Shown here one piece after another: positions 12,201 through 25,300 of a DNA stretch of 64,000 bases (position 1 is the first letter of the stretch; the number at the start of each line of letters is the position of its first letter). The translations under genes and the position numbers were made by a program. The notes beneath the pieces were generated by a model. It ran no database searches. It was given only the letters and a program-made list of their open reading frames with translations, and was not told the origin of the DNA. Source of the stretch: Dicyema japonicum (lineage: Eukaryota; Animalia; Dicyemida); NCBI GenBank assembly GCA_011109175.1, contig RDEW01000020.1, positions 124,001 through 188,000 on the forward strand, written 5' to 3'.

Positions 12201-12280
12201 AATTGATTTTGACATATGACATTGATTGACACATGATTTGTTGCGCGTTGTGCATGGTTGTGCATTGTGCGCTCGACAAA

Positions 12281-14190
12281 ATATCTGAAGAGATCAACGA
12301 TTGAGAAAAGATCACACGGTCTATGATTTTCTTCTATGAGATAATAGGTTTTTGTCTTTTCGAATGATCACGTCGAGTCTTGATGGTCTAAAGCAGAGGT
12401 TGTCAAACGGTGTGCCGCCTGCCAAATACAAATTTGAATAAATTTATATACATTTTTGACCTAATTAATTTAAAAAGATAAACGAATTAAAATAATTACT
12501 AAAATTAAAATAATCATTTTTTTATTATATATTAAATGACATTTACATTGGTTAACCATTATTTATTAATTTTTTAATAACGTGCGCATCAACGTGCTTA
12601 TGGGTAAATCAGTTCGTCGTTCTTATAAAGATTCTTATTTGTCATTTGGGTTTATATTCAAAGATAAAAATAAGCTACCTCAATGTCTAATTTGCATGGA
12701 TTTTTGGCAAGTGATGCTATGGTTCCTAGCAAACTAAAGAGACATTAAGTATTATTTGGTTTTTACTATGAATCGTAGATCTAGTCAAATGATGTTCAGT
12801 GAAACTTTTTTAAACACAAAGGAATCATTGAAATGTTCATACCTGATCTCAGAAGTGATAGCAAAACAACTAAAACCTCAGACTATTGGCGAAATCTTGA
12901 TAATCCCTGCTTGTCGTATAATTGCTCGGACTATGTTTGGTCATAAATATGAACAAAAAATAATGAAAATACCTTTGTCAGATAACACTGTTTCTCGTCG
13001 GATTTGTGCTGAAATGCGAGTGGCTTTGTTAACCATTCGACCTGATATTGATGATATATGCAAAAACAATAATAATTAAGAATTCATTTTTTTATTAATA
13101 AAAATTTTGGCATTAAATTACCAATTTTTGTACTTAGTTTTACACATTTTAAAAATAAATTTTTTTATTTTTTAATGTGTGCCGTGGATTATTTTTTTAC
13201 GATTAGTGTGCCGCGAGAATTATTTTTTGAAAAGCTCTGGTCTAAAGATCTTGAACTTCTCATCCATCATGTTTATACAGTAATAGAGCAAGTCTCACTG
13301 CAATGGTCTTGAGGAGCAACGATTCTGAAGCAATGATCTTAGGAGGTTGAGTATTTTGTTCCGTCAATGGGTAGTATAGCTCGAATAGACATGATGTGAA
13401 TTCTTTTAGTCAAGTTTCGATGTATGGTCAAATAAGATTTTCCTGAATTTTCGTTTAGATTAAAAAGTATCTTACGAATTTGCAATGTGTGGTGGATTTG
13501 AGAAGTGGGAAGGGTAGGTGGTAAGAGTCGAGTGATTTCTAGAGATATTGTGAGCTCGGCATTTCAAGTTGATAATACAAATGGAAATTCATCTTCTCCA
13601 AGTATAGATTGTCAACAGGACTAGATTTTAAAAGTTCGTTAAAAACAAAGGGTGAGTTCGTAACTACTGTAACTTTTTTTAGGAACTTGAGTGATTTGTA
13701 TGATTCCCAAATGCGAGGCATATTTTACGTCGTCATGATAAATTGTTTGTAAAAGAAAGTGAGAAATCTTTATATTGCTCTTTTGAGGATTCTTCTACTG
13801 CACAAAAATTGTTTTTCGTTTGTCTTTAGTGCAGATATTTTCGATTTTGTGCTGAAGACTGATTAGGGCGAAACTCACGTGATTTAAAAAATTGAGAAGG
13901 CGGAAAATTTCGTTCCAGGCTACTCTTTTAAGAATCTTTGATACCACCGAAAGAAGGGTAATTGGTTGTGGGACGAAAACGCAAAGGAATCTTCATCAGC
14001 TTTGAAGAGAGGGGCGATGGTCGATAATTCTTAGATGATCAATAGAACCTTCAGTTCCTTGTCTAAGATCACTTAAGTGGAAAATACAGAGACCATGAAT
14101 AATTTTGATTGTCTTGAATTCGGCTAGTCGTTTGAATATGTTGTATCACTGTCAATTGTGGTTTGCTTATTTAAAAACCAAGAATCATCA
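12281..14190 (-). mobile_element. Heavily decayed LINE RT, host of the hAT insertion; copies at ~31260-33520 and ~52945-54000
   Basis: The copy C translation retains QPISLLSVVSKILKRVA and a HEFRP motif of non-LTR RT. Confidence 0.55.
12394..13239 (+). mobile_element. Non-autonomous hAT (Charlie/Buster/ZBED5-like)
   Basis: Ends cagaggttgtcaaa..tttgaaaagctctg; perfect 8-bp TSD gtctaaag (12386-12393, 13240-13247); zf-BED remnant PQCLIC..AMVPSKLKRH and IAKQLKPQTIGEILIIPAC..IPLSDNTVSRRI. Confidence 0.9.
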
Positions 14191-14550
14191 TTAAATTAAC
14201 AAAGAAAAAAGGCCAACATTAAATACTCCTTGCTTTTCACAACAACTATCTCATGGTCTCCCTTCTGGATCCAAGAAGTTCCGCTGTCTCACATGGGATG
14301 ACTGGCGTTCACGTGAGGTAAACTATCACTCATTCTCTTACTATTATGGAGCTTTGTAGCGAGAAAATATTGATATTAAATGTCTCTATCGATAACGTGA
14401 ACACGTCGTATCTCAGACACCTGTGCATAATGTGGCAAGTTTCCTATCCATGAGGCGTTCAATATTAAAATTATAGAGAAATTTAGAATATTAATTTTAT
14501 AATATTAAAATTCGAAAATTGCCTTTTACCAAATCAAAAAACAAATAAAA

Positions 14551-15731
14551 TTAAAGTAATGTGACCTATAGAATGGATATATACCATTGGTTTTATTCTG
14601 TTTCGAAATTTGTAAAGAACAACGCCGATCACTCCAATAATTGAAAGAACTGTGACAGTGACTGTAATCCAATGATTTTCGATTTTTGTGAATTTTTAAT
14701 TGGAGTTTTAATTGGTGTAAAATAAATTATCTTTTCAAAACATCCAGACTCTAACAGTAATTTACTCAATTATACTATTTCCAACAAATTGAAAGTCCAT
14801 ATTATTCCGAAAAAACTGTGCTCTAAACAAAGAAAATTTGACAGAAATATTGTCTGTAAAGTTGATTATAAATGATTCGCAATAATAATGATTTCCAACA
14901 CTGAAATGGTTATGATTAAAAAATGTGGAATTCGAGCTTTAGTAATTGTGTTAATGAAACTAATATCTGCAATAAAATACTTATATATTAGTAAATATGA
15001 TCTGAAATGGAGTTTAAAATCAGTTTCATGTATGAATAAATCAATTACATTTTTATCACTATTTGCTGTAATATAGTTGTTTTCGGAAAATAGATAATGT
15101 TTCGTCTATAACTAACATTTTCAATTACATTATAATTATCAGCAATTGTGACATTAATATTTCCACTGATTACGGTATGGAGTCGGTCTTTTGTGAAGTA
15201 GTACCAAATCGGAACATTTGGATCGTTAGAGGATTTACAGTCATTGGCCAAATTAAAAATATTCAAACCTTTTCCATTAAATTTTTCATTGGAAAAATTA
15301 TTGAAATATTGAATGTTAAAAGAATAAATTTTGAGAGAAATACGATCAGTAAAATTTACAGAAATTAATCCGCATCTATAATATTCCCCATTTTTGATAT
15401 TCGGAAATTTAAAAATTTGTGTATATCGATGATTAACTTAATTTTAGTAAACATAAGAGTACAAGACATTAACATAAATTTCATTGTTATAGCATAAAAT
15501 CCTTCTGAAGAGTCAATTAAGAATATGAAAGTTATATCATCATTAAGTTTAAATTTAAATTGATCAGAGCTAATAATGGAAATACATTTCATTCATATTA
15601 CTTGTTGTCTATAGATATTATTAATGAATTACATTTTTATCATTATTTGACAAAAAATATCTTCCAAAAAATATTATAATTGGTAAAACTTCAATTTTTA
15701 CAATCAAATAGAACAAAATTACCAACAACAT
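14551..15731 (-). pseudogene. LAMP-like type I membrane glycoprotein, copy A (probably disabled)
   Basis: Signal-like MLLVILFYLIVKIE; two similar domains NGEYYRCGLISVNFTDRISLKIYSFNIQYF..C and GNHYYCESFIINFTDNISVKFSLFRAQFF..C; many NxS/T sequons; TM WITVTVTVLSIIGVIGVVLY followed by KFRNR; tiny introns; apparent frameshifts. Confidence 0.55.
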
Positions 15732-15924
15732 AAAATATTAAATGAACACCTCAGTGTGACTAATTTAGGTCAGATATTGGGTTGATTAATTTATTTATAA
15801 TTTTTATTAATTTTGAGATAACAATTTTTATTTATTCTATTTAAAATCATCTTAGATTCTTGATTTTTATATTTATTTCATCAAAATTTTTAAATGAAGC
15901 AGTAGGAAGACCCATCATTGGCTA

Positions 15925-17655
15925 TTCCCAAGCATCGTCTAACTCCTCAAATGGTCGAGGGAAGTCGGCATTGATCAAAGAAAGAAATCACTTCAAAAAA
16001 TTAATTGGATCACATTAAAAACGATACTCCGGATCAGAGCTCTAAACAACGAAATAAAGGCCAGAGAGCTCAAGTCCCAGAAATGAAGTGGAATCGGATT
16101 TTTACAAAGGTAAATCGCAATCGTAGTACCGGAGAAGTGTGGAAAGCCACCGAAATGTTGCAAATGGAAGAAACTTCCCCGAGGATGACTATACTCAACG
16201 AGACGTTAACAATTTGATAAAATTCTACACAAAAATTTCGTACAAGGAACACAGGAAGTCAGAAGTGCTTCTCTCTTCATGGAGAAAACTGAAGAAGGAT
16301 TCTAACCCTGTTTACTTCTCGGATGAAGACGTGAAGAATGCGCTGCGTTTTACAAGAACAACGTACTCTGCCGACAACATTCCCGTAGTATTATTGAAGA
16401 ACCTTTGTTATGGAAGCAAGCCAATATCCGACCTATACTGAAACCTGGAAAACCTAAGGAAGATCCGGCATCATTAAGACCTGTGTCATTGTTATGTTCC
16501 ATATCGAAAATCCTGAAAGGCTTGTGCTTGGGAGAATTAAGCTTTCTTACCAGAAACGGATTTTCAACACGGATTCAAGAGCGATTGTTCTACATCAACG
16601 TACCTACAGAAATTAACCAACTTCATTAGAAATTTTTTCAAACAAACCAAGGCATTTGAAGACAGTCTTTGATTCTAGGACTTTGATTCTATTTCGAGAA
16701 AAATATTATCAAAGAAATTTTTTCAGTCGGAGATCCCGAGGAAGCTTAAACTTTGGATAACAAATTTCTTAAGTTGACGAGGGGACGTGTATGCCTCGGA
16801 GGACTGAAATCAGTCTCACGTCTTCTCCCAAACGGTGTCCCCCAGGATCTCCTTTATTTCCCGCCTTATTCAATTTATACCTGGCAGACCTCCCGACACC
16901 GAGAACCAATAACGATGTCTACTCACATATGCGGACAACATTGTTTTGGCCTCGCGTGATCGGGATATCTAAAATGCTACAGAAAGATTACAAATTAACC
17001 TGGACCGACTCAACGCCTGGGTAATGAAGAACCGACTCACGATAAATTCCAGAAAGTCGGTCACGTCTATGTTTACTTCGGACAAAAAGTTGGGGAAAAT
17101 GACTGTCAAGTAAAATTGGACAACATTGAAATCCCCTTCACCAAATGTCAGAAGATCCTGGGCGTGACACTAGGATTCACACTTATGTTTGTCACCACAC
17201 GTGGCAAACATTGTTCTGAAGTGCGAGAAGAGGATCAATGTATTAAAATGTTTATCTGGAATATGGAACACAGGTACCCACCCGGTCTTGATGAACATTT
17301 ACAAGCAATACATCGAACCATGCTTCTCGTACGCGTGTGCTACGTGAGGACCTTCATTATCATGGACGAACATTAAGAAAATCGAGGACGTTCAAAAGTT
17401 GGCTTTCAGAATGACGGAGCGTTGGTCTTGTGGAAGACACAGAACCGGACCGACTACTCTGAAGGCCCTCATTAAACAAAACTCAGGCATGCGGGAAGGT
17501 AGCCCTGCAAATACAGTCAGCCGCCCTGTACGAGCTTGTGTGGGTACGAGGGAGGAGCACCGGGAAAAAATGAGGATTTTGGCGGAGCGCATCGGGATCA
17601 CGTGATAGTCAGTTTTGGTTTTACCGTGGTCTTGGGTGTTAAATAAATTATTATT
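15925..17655 (+). mobile_element. Jockey/I-like LINE RT, decayed; absent at the equivalent site of copy C (~56995)
   Basis: WKQANIRPILKPGKPKEDPASLRPVSLLCSISKIL, GVPQGSPL, YADD (copy B); 3' end cgtggtcttgggtgttaaataaa. Confidence 0.85.
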
Positions 17656-17728
17656 TCAAGTTCTCGAGGAACGAATGAGTAATAAAACGAGGATAGTTTG
17701 CAAGTTAATAAATAACAACAATAATAAA

Positions 17729-18238
17729 CCCCGATGTTATTAAAAATACTACCTGAGCTGTAATGAAGTCCCAAAGACCCTGTAAGTAAGTCTTCTCCTG
17801 AAAATTCCTCGAATTGTAGGAAATCTAGGATCATTCCTATTATAAATTATCTCCTTACCAGCCATCAACTAGTCCTTCGTCGACGAACCAGGCGAGTTTT
17901 CTCTTTGACATTACAGTCCTCACAAAGGCGATTCTACCATACTCGTAGATAACTGGGGCTCTTAGGGCTACATGTTATATTAAATGGGCAACCCAGGCTA
18001 GCTAAAATCCACGCGTACTGCTCATCCCTGTCATGATACTTTTTTGTACGAAGCGCGTGGTGACTCCTTCTATACTATCCATTATTGGGCAGGCAAAGTC
18101 GTATGTAGGGTAAACTCTATCTGTGCTATCAATGTATACTTGTATTTAAGCCCTGTTCTCACGTGAGTCTCTGCCTTGCTGCGGTACAACGTCGGGTCCC
18201 GCATGCAGCCATTCGCGTGTGACATGTCGATCTTGGCC
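17729..18238 (-). pseudogene. Internal fragment of the GluRS gene, introns retained
   Basis: Near-identical to ~39818-40329 of the intact gene; both flanking parts of the gene are missing. Confidence 0.9.
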
Positions 18239-19019
18239 ATCACCCCTTCAGTGGAGTGCGAGGGGAAATCATTTTTTTGTGCTACCAGTCGATTAAATAT
18301 TATTTATAACGATTCTTGAAAAAACCGGTGAAACTCCTGAAGGAACCAAATGTAGGTAAAAATATGAGTGAACTTAATAATCTTAGCTTTTTGGTGAGAG
18401 ATTTAGTCAGTCGTAATAACAATGGCTATCTCAAGATAATATGCGGTTCTTATATAATCTTTCCTTCGTCTTGACTTCTAATGTGTATAACTAAATAAAC
18501 TAAAAATATTCAGCTTCGAATACCTGCCATAGAACTCGTGTCATGTAGTTATTGAACGAAAAACCGTGAAAATGAGGTGGAATATTAGTAGGTTTTCGAA
18601 TTGGTGGAAGGACTACGAGACATTATATTCTCCCAAATTGTTGACGGCATATTCAATGCTTGAAGACACACATGTTTTGTATTGCTAGTGTTAGGAATTC
18701 AAGAGGCCTTCGTGTACTCAAACTGAACGTATCCATATCCCAAAGATTCTGCATCGGCGTTGTTTGTGATCTCCAAAGAGACTACTGGCACAAATAAAGG
18801 AAAAATCAGTAAATTCGTTGGTTCTATAATTTTTTGGATTCCCCTGACAAACAGGTAAGTTGAGTACTATTTGTTTGTAGTCCGATAAGGACGAAACTGC
18901 ATAACTCATATGGGGACTATATCGATCTCGTAATGGTTAAATTTCTCGGTTTCAGTGTGGCGGGACTTTGTTGTGAAGTATTTAATGTATTTTTATTGTG
19001 TTTGGTTGTCGAAATATTC

Positions 19020-19930
19020 AGCTTAATGCTCTTTCCGCGACGGTGGCATAACACAAATTTTCAATCTCGCAATAAACAAGAACAAAATCCTGTTAATATG
19101 GAATAAATTCTAATACACCCTATCCTGAAGAAAAACAAACCAAAAAACTATCCGTCCTCTTACCGACAGGTAGAAAAACTGGTTGTCTCGGGTGTTAGAA
19201 AAACTGGTCCTTCTCAAGATCCGTCCTTTCATTATTCTACCATCTTTTTTACACGAATTCCGCGAAGAACACTCAACAACAACTCATCTAACAAAACTGG
19301 TTCAATTCATTTCGGACGACCAGAATACCCCAAATTCATATATGAGAATCTTTCTGGTCTCAGTGGAAAAAGCATTTGAATCAGTAGTATCTTGGAAGGT
19401 CCAATATTCAAGTCACGGTTGGCTAATTTTATTAACGGTCGACGGGCGAAGTAGTTGCAAACAACCAAAAATAAAAACCGCGATACCTTCCAAATGGAGT
19501 GGCATAAGGATCACTTTTGTCACCAATGCAATTCAATTTGTTCTTCATGCGGATGATCTCGTGATTGCAGTGAATCATCGAACCGTTTACATTTGTCATT
19601 AGGAAAGTCACATGTAACGACGTCTACCTCATCACGAAAAGAGATATGAGAACGGCAGAAATAACATTATATGGTTACCCGATCCCTATTAAGAAGACCC
19701 TTCAATCCTTGGAATCATCCTGGATCTATCTTTCATTCATCCATCAAGTGAACCTGGTAACCGCGAGGATCCAAAAGAAAATTGGAATGCTCAAAGCTTT
19801 AACGCAGTCCCCAGTATCTTCCCTCCAATCGTTGGAACTTCTATACAAACAATTTGTTCTACGAGTATCGAGTACGCCTGTGGAGCATGGATTGCCATGC
19901 TATCACTGAAATGTTACAAAACCGATGACT
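19020..19930 (+). mobile_element. Decayed Jockey/I-like LINE RT; copy at ~42120-43030
   Basis: PSSYRQV..SRVLEKLVL, HEFREEHSTTTHL, EKAFESV, LHADDL. Confidence 0.75.
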
Positions 19931-20025
19931 TAGACTTGTGGTTTTCAACCTTTTTTTAAATCACTCCCGCGAATTTTTTTTCTTCCCTTATTTCACAACT
20001 CAAAATGTTATTACCACGTACAGAA

Positions 20026-20138
20026 GAAGGGCAAAACTGCGAAAGAATTCAGGCCTCGTGGCAGGATTTTTAATAACGTAATCCCCATAACTATCGCTAT
20101 GTCCTGGTCTTTAAAAATGTTGTTGATGTTGTTGTTGT
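20026..20138 (+). mobile_element. 113-bp retroposed 3' fragment with (GTT)n tail
   Basis: 18-bp TSD ttattaccacgtacagaa at 20008-20025 and 20139-20156; present in both duplicate copies. Confidence 0.75.
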
Positions 20139-20891
20139 TTATTACCACGTACAGAAATTATTTAATAAATATTTTTTTTATTTAAAAAGCATACTATTAA
20201 TGAGATTCCTGTGGTTAATGAGTATTCACAAGATTCTTTTAATTTGCCTTTCTTTTTTAAGTGTAATCCTTATATCTCCTTTCTTGTACATTTATTTTGT
20301 TTCGTTTTTTCCCGATGATATTGTTGAGAGTGCTCAATCCTCTTTCTACGCAATATGAAGTCGAAAACATAAAATGATTGGAGTCATTTTCCCCGTAATT
20401 CAAAAAGATTAATAATTCAATCTGAAAATTTTAATTCATCAAGTCGACAAATCTCCTTTTCAAATCTCAGGCCAAAAGTTCTAAGTGAAATTGGTAAATT
20501 TTTGAATCGTTATCATCAAAACTATCATCATGAAAATCTAGAGGTCCAAAATTTTTTAATCAAGCTAAATTGGAAAAATTCAACTTTTTCAATGAGCGTA
20601 TTAATAATTCTTTGGCAATCAATTAAATTAATCCCCATGTAATGCCAATGAAACTTCATCCAATTTTTAAAAAAATCCAATTCAAATAAAAATCCAGCAT
20701 GTTTGAAGAATCCTTTTGTAAAATTTCGTGAATAAATGAATCTAAACACGGGCTAACACTCTCTGCTATCGTTTGGGGATTACCTATAAATTAAAATAAA
20801 TAAACAGTTTTTGCGATAATCTCTGCAACTTTGTATGAATAAAATAGTCCAGAAACATTTTTAAATATAATTTTATAAAATAAAGAAGTTA

Positions 20892-22021
20892 CGCACCAAA
20901 GATTCAAGAGCGCAACAACCGTGTTGGGAATAGATCTCTCCAGAGCTTTCGACTCAATAAACAGACAGAAACTGATGAATGTGCTTGAGCAAATATTGGA
21001 TGAATCGTCGGTTAGGATAATCAGACTACTACTTGCGAACACAAGACTATCTGTGAGGACAGAAGGAGCAATTTCCCGCAGTTTCAAAACAACGATTGGG
21101 ACACCCCAGGGTGATTCCCTCTCCCCTTTACTATTCACCATATACCTTGAATCTGCACTCCGCGACCTCCGTAAATGCTATATAGGAGACATAGAAGAGA
21201 CATCTTATGCGGATGATGTGGATTTTGTATCACGGGATGTGACCGCACTTTAACACCTGCTAGAAAATGCACCTGCGGAGCTTGAGAAATGGTTTCTCAG
21301 CGTAAATGTTAACAAAACTGAAATTACGGAAATCAAAAGAGAAGACGATATTACTCAAGAAAGATGGAGACGTACTAATAAGCTCGGCTCTCTACTAGGA
21401 GACGCTGAAGATGTACTGAGGAGGAAAACACTGGCAAATGCGGCAATGGCTAAACTGAAGAAAGGATGGCTAAGGGCCAAAGGACTTGGAATTGACATTA
21501 GATGCAGGCTTTACAACGCGTTTGTGAAACCGATCCTACTGTATAACGCTGGGACATGGGGAAGTTCCTTCAACGAACTATTGAAACTGGATTCGTTCCA
21601 TAGAAGGCAACTAAAAAGCTTACTCGGAATGGAGTGGCCACGTAGAATATCAACCACTGGTATCTACAACAAGTGTATCTGTTCTTACATCTGCAAGGAT
21701 GTGATAGATGCCCGGTGGAGGCTATTTGGGCATGTACTAAGAATGAACCCGGACGTACCCGCTAACAAAGCGATGGAAGATTACTTTGACAGATGCGAAA
21801 AACCCTTCCGCGGACGACCTAGATCGACACTTCCGACAGCCTTAAACAAAGACTTAAATCGTGTGAGAAAAAATCTAAAGACGGGAGACGACCAGGACGA
21901 ATTGAAATCACTCGCATTCGACAGAGGAAGATGGAAAAGACTAACTATAAATATTGTTTCTTTGAGTGTTGCACATGCGGGGCTATAATCATTATGGCTT
22001 TCGTGAAAGTGCCTTAATAAT
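20892..22021 (+). mobile_element. Young 5'-truncated RTE-clade LINE, copy A specific
   Basis: IDLSRAFDSI, GTPQGDSLSPLLF, SYADD, RWRLFGHVLRM; single in-frame stop at 21251; (taa)n tail; 13-bp TSD aataaagaagtta; empty site at ~43990. Confidence 0.92.
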
Positions 22022-22339
22022 AATAAAGAAGTTAAAATGTTATATTTTCATAATTTTTTTTAAAATTGAAAAAAAATTCTGTTTTTTTTCAATTGAGTTG
22101 GGATGTTTAGGATTAAATGTTCGATTAAGCGCGATGGTTTCATTGCCTTATTGGAAAACACTGTACGGCATTGCAAACAAAGCGGTTTATGAGGAACCTG
22201 AGGATTTTTAATAAATCCAAAAAAAATATATTCCTCTTTAAACGCTCTAATTTTTTTTGAACAAGACTCATCACGAAGTATTAGAAATAACGTAAATTTA
22301 AACCGTTAAAACAAAACAAACAATAGTCATATCATCTAA

Positions 22340-25300
22340 TTAATGTATCAACTTCTGGTCTCTCCGACCAGGCCAGCACCCACCGGGACTCTCTTGGTAG
22401 TATCTCCGCTTCCCTTCCTATTTTCTGGATCATCCAACTCTTTATCAGTGTCGCGTCGCCTCTTTCCCAAATTGCATCCAGTAAGAGGATTCTTCATCAT
22501 TTCCCAATTATTGTTAATCGCCATCGTTATTTGTTCAAACCCGTGTTTATATTCTACAAGCATGCTCTCTTAAGTCTTCTTCAGCGCAATCGTTTGGATG
22601 TACGCTCGGGTGATGGTCGTAATTTCAATGATGTCCATGTATGATTTGAAATACCTGGAGACAATTCCATCCCAGGTAATAACAATTGGGAGTATCTTTA
22701 CTTTGGCTATGTAAATGATCTCTAGTTCACTCGCAAGAATGTCGTATTTATGTAGTTTTTCAACTTCGACAGCCTTGAGATTGTCCATTGATGTTACTCC
22801 AATTTCAATTAGCCATATTTGGTTCATTTTCTTATCGTACAAGAAAATGTCAGGCTTGTTATATTGGACTTTGGACTCCGTTGGAATGGTCGTATCAACT
22901 CGGATCTCGGCATGCTGATTTGTGATGATGCTTTGAATAGAATGTGACTTCAATTTTTTGGATTTTTTAAATCCAAATTTTCTAGATAAATGCATGTGAA
23001 TGCATTTAACTATTTCATTGTGTCGTCTTGTATAGTCTGAGTTTAGCATTCTGTTACACCTCGTAGCCAAATGATCGACAGTTTTTTTCGAGGAATTACA
23101 ATGTGGACATTTTAGACCAAGATCCCGGAAAAAGATATTCCTATCTTGCAAAAGAAAGAACATCGCTTCAGACTTGGGAGAAATATTTCCATTTGTGATC
23201 CATGTAGACGATGATTTTATGTCAAATGTATCATTCTCAAGTGATTCAAATAATATTGAATGTAGGCTTTTCTTTTTGATGATAGACAGGAGAGAGTTAA
23301 TCTGTGAACTCTTTAGATTCTCCACAATGTCTATGGTTGGGCCCATTTGGTATTTTACCCGCAGGAATTCTGTGATTGTGGCCATATGTGTTTTTCTTAG
23401 CTGTTCGGCCCACAGAATTCCAGCTTTTCTCAGAGAAATCTTTTTCCGCCTTTCAAGGCTTGTTTTAAACTCAAGTAGCATTTTTTCTGACTTAAAAGTA
23501 ACTGATATCAGCCCTCTTCCCAGCGTACTCCTTGGTAAGTATAATCTTTCCTTGGAAGCCGGTTTCATATGAATACCCAAACGCATAAGTAATTTTCTGA
23601 CTAATCTATCAAATTCCTCATATTCACCGGGTTCCATCTCGAGAAGACCAATATAATAATTAAAAAGGGATAGAGCATGTTCATTTATGGCTTTAAACAA
23701 ATTGACCGAATTCAATTTCGTTTTTGACAGTTTTTCAATACGATCTTGCACCTCCTCTTTGATATTTTTAAGTACAACTTCTTTAACTACTTTGCTGGAA
23801 TTGTCTTCTAACACCCCCAAATAGCGATAACTATCCACTCCATCCATTAGTTTAGCATCATTCGATAGTAAATAACTATTTGTTGCGGACTTTTCAAAAT
23901 TCTTTTCTAAGCCGGACAATTTAAAGTAAGCATTCACATCTTTCATCATGCATGCCAGTGTCCCTTCCTCTTTTGCCAAAAGTTTCAAATCATCGATGAA
24001 TAAGAAATGATTCGCAGAAAAAGTAAAAGAATTAGATTCAGCAGTATTGATAGACATGCTCGGATATTTTGCAGACAACATTCTGCTTAGTGGATCCAAA
24101 ACAAATACAAATAATTGAGGTGATAGAGAGTCACCTTGGAGTATTCCACGTTCAATATTAATCGTTCCCAATATCTTTTTCCCCAATCTTAATGACACAC
24201 GCCAGTTTGGAATTATTGATATTACAAACTTGGTTATCCATTCTGGTAGTCCCGAGTTTTCCAGGATTTTAACAAGATACTCGTGACTCACTGAATCAAA
24301 CGCTTTTCTAACATCAATCCATGCACAGAATAGTTTGTTTTCATGGGCTTTGTTAACACATCTGTTTAAAAGTGCCAATTCCTTTGCTCCTTGACAGTGT
24401 CGTTTTGTCCCAAGCTGATACTCAGTAATTAAATCATAAGTTTCAGCATATTGTGCAATTTTTTCGTTTACACATTTCGTAACCAGCTTGTATAAGCACG
24501 GCATACATGTAATCGGTCTAAGATCCTTAGGGTCAACAGAGTTCTTCTTCTTTGGGATTAGGTATGTAATCCCCGTATAAAACCATCTTTTCGGTTGACT
24601 TTTCCCACTAATGATATCTCTGATCTCTTTAAATAAATATTGATGAAGAGAATCCAACTTCTTGATAAAGAAGTTATATACGCAATCAACTCCGGGGGCC
24701 TTCCAATTTGGGAGGTACTCAATTAAATTTGATATAAAATTATCGTTTATATCAGATTCTTGCTGTTCAACTCCCGTTATTCTCTTGTTCATTCCAAAAC
24801 TCAAATCATTTTTATCCCTTTTTTCCCAAACCTCTGTCCAAAATTTAAAGCATTCGGATGTGTCAAAGCCATCAATGCACTCAATGTCAGAATCTGACTT
24901 TAGTTTTCTATAGAATGACCTTCTGTTCAACTCAAAATTTCGATTATCAGTTCCATATTGTCGCCTCGAGTCTGCAATCGACAACTTTTTGTTTAAAATT
25001 CTAATTTGGTCATTTATTGCGGTTGATATCCTTTCAAATTCACCCCTTTTGCATTTTTTGTAATTGTAGGAACACAGAATGTCGACTGCTTTTTTCTTTT
25101 CCTCGCCTGTAATAGTAGACATAAAGAAATTTGATATTACTAGATTATTTTCAGCTAAAATTTCAATCTTCTTTTGTATTCTTTGCCTCCAGTTCGATTT
25201 GAAAGGTTCCTTCATTGTGATTTGTTGATATACACACTGAGCAGAGTATATCAAACATGAAATGTCTTCAATACTTGAAGGTATGTTATTCGATGTATAT

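Larger units (their letters stand above)
9075..12277. repeat. ~75 bp imperfect inverted repeat pair (9075-9150 and 12202-12277)
   Basis: catgcacaacgcgcaatgaatcatgtgtcaatcaatatcatatgtcaaaatcaat is the near reverse complement of attgattttgacatatgacattgattgacacatgatttgttgcgcgttgtgcatg. Confidence 0.85.
19935..22195 (-). mobile_element. Deleted hAT (ZBED5/Buster-like) carrying two retro-insertions; copy at ~43040-44140
   Basis: TIR-like tgtggttttcaacctttt; zf-BED CLECGTVFSNVAMKPSRLIEHL (copy B); C-terminal YCVERGLSTLNNI. Confidence 0.65.

Noticed and set aside
12281-14190. Penelope-like element
   Set aside because: The better-preserved copy C has the LINE-type PISLLSVVSKIL motif and no GIY-YIG domain was seen.
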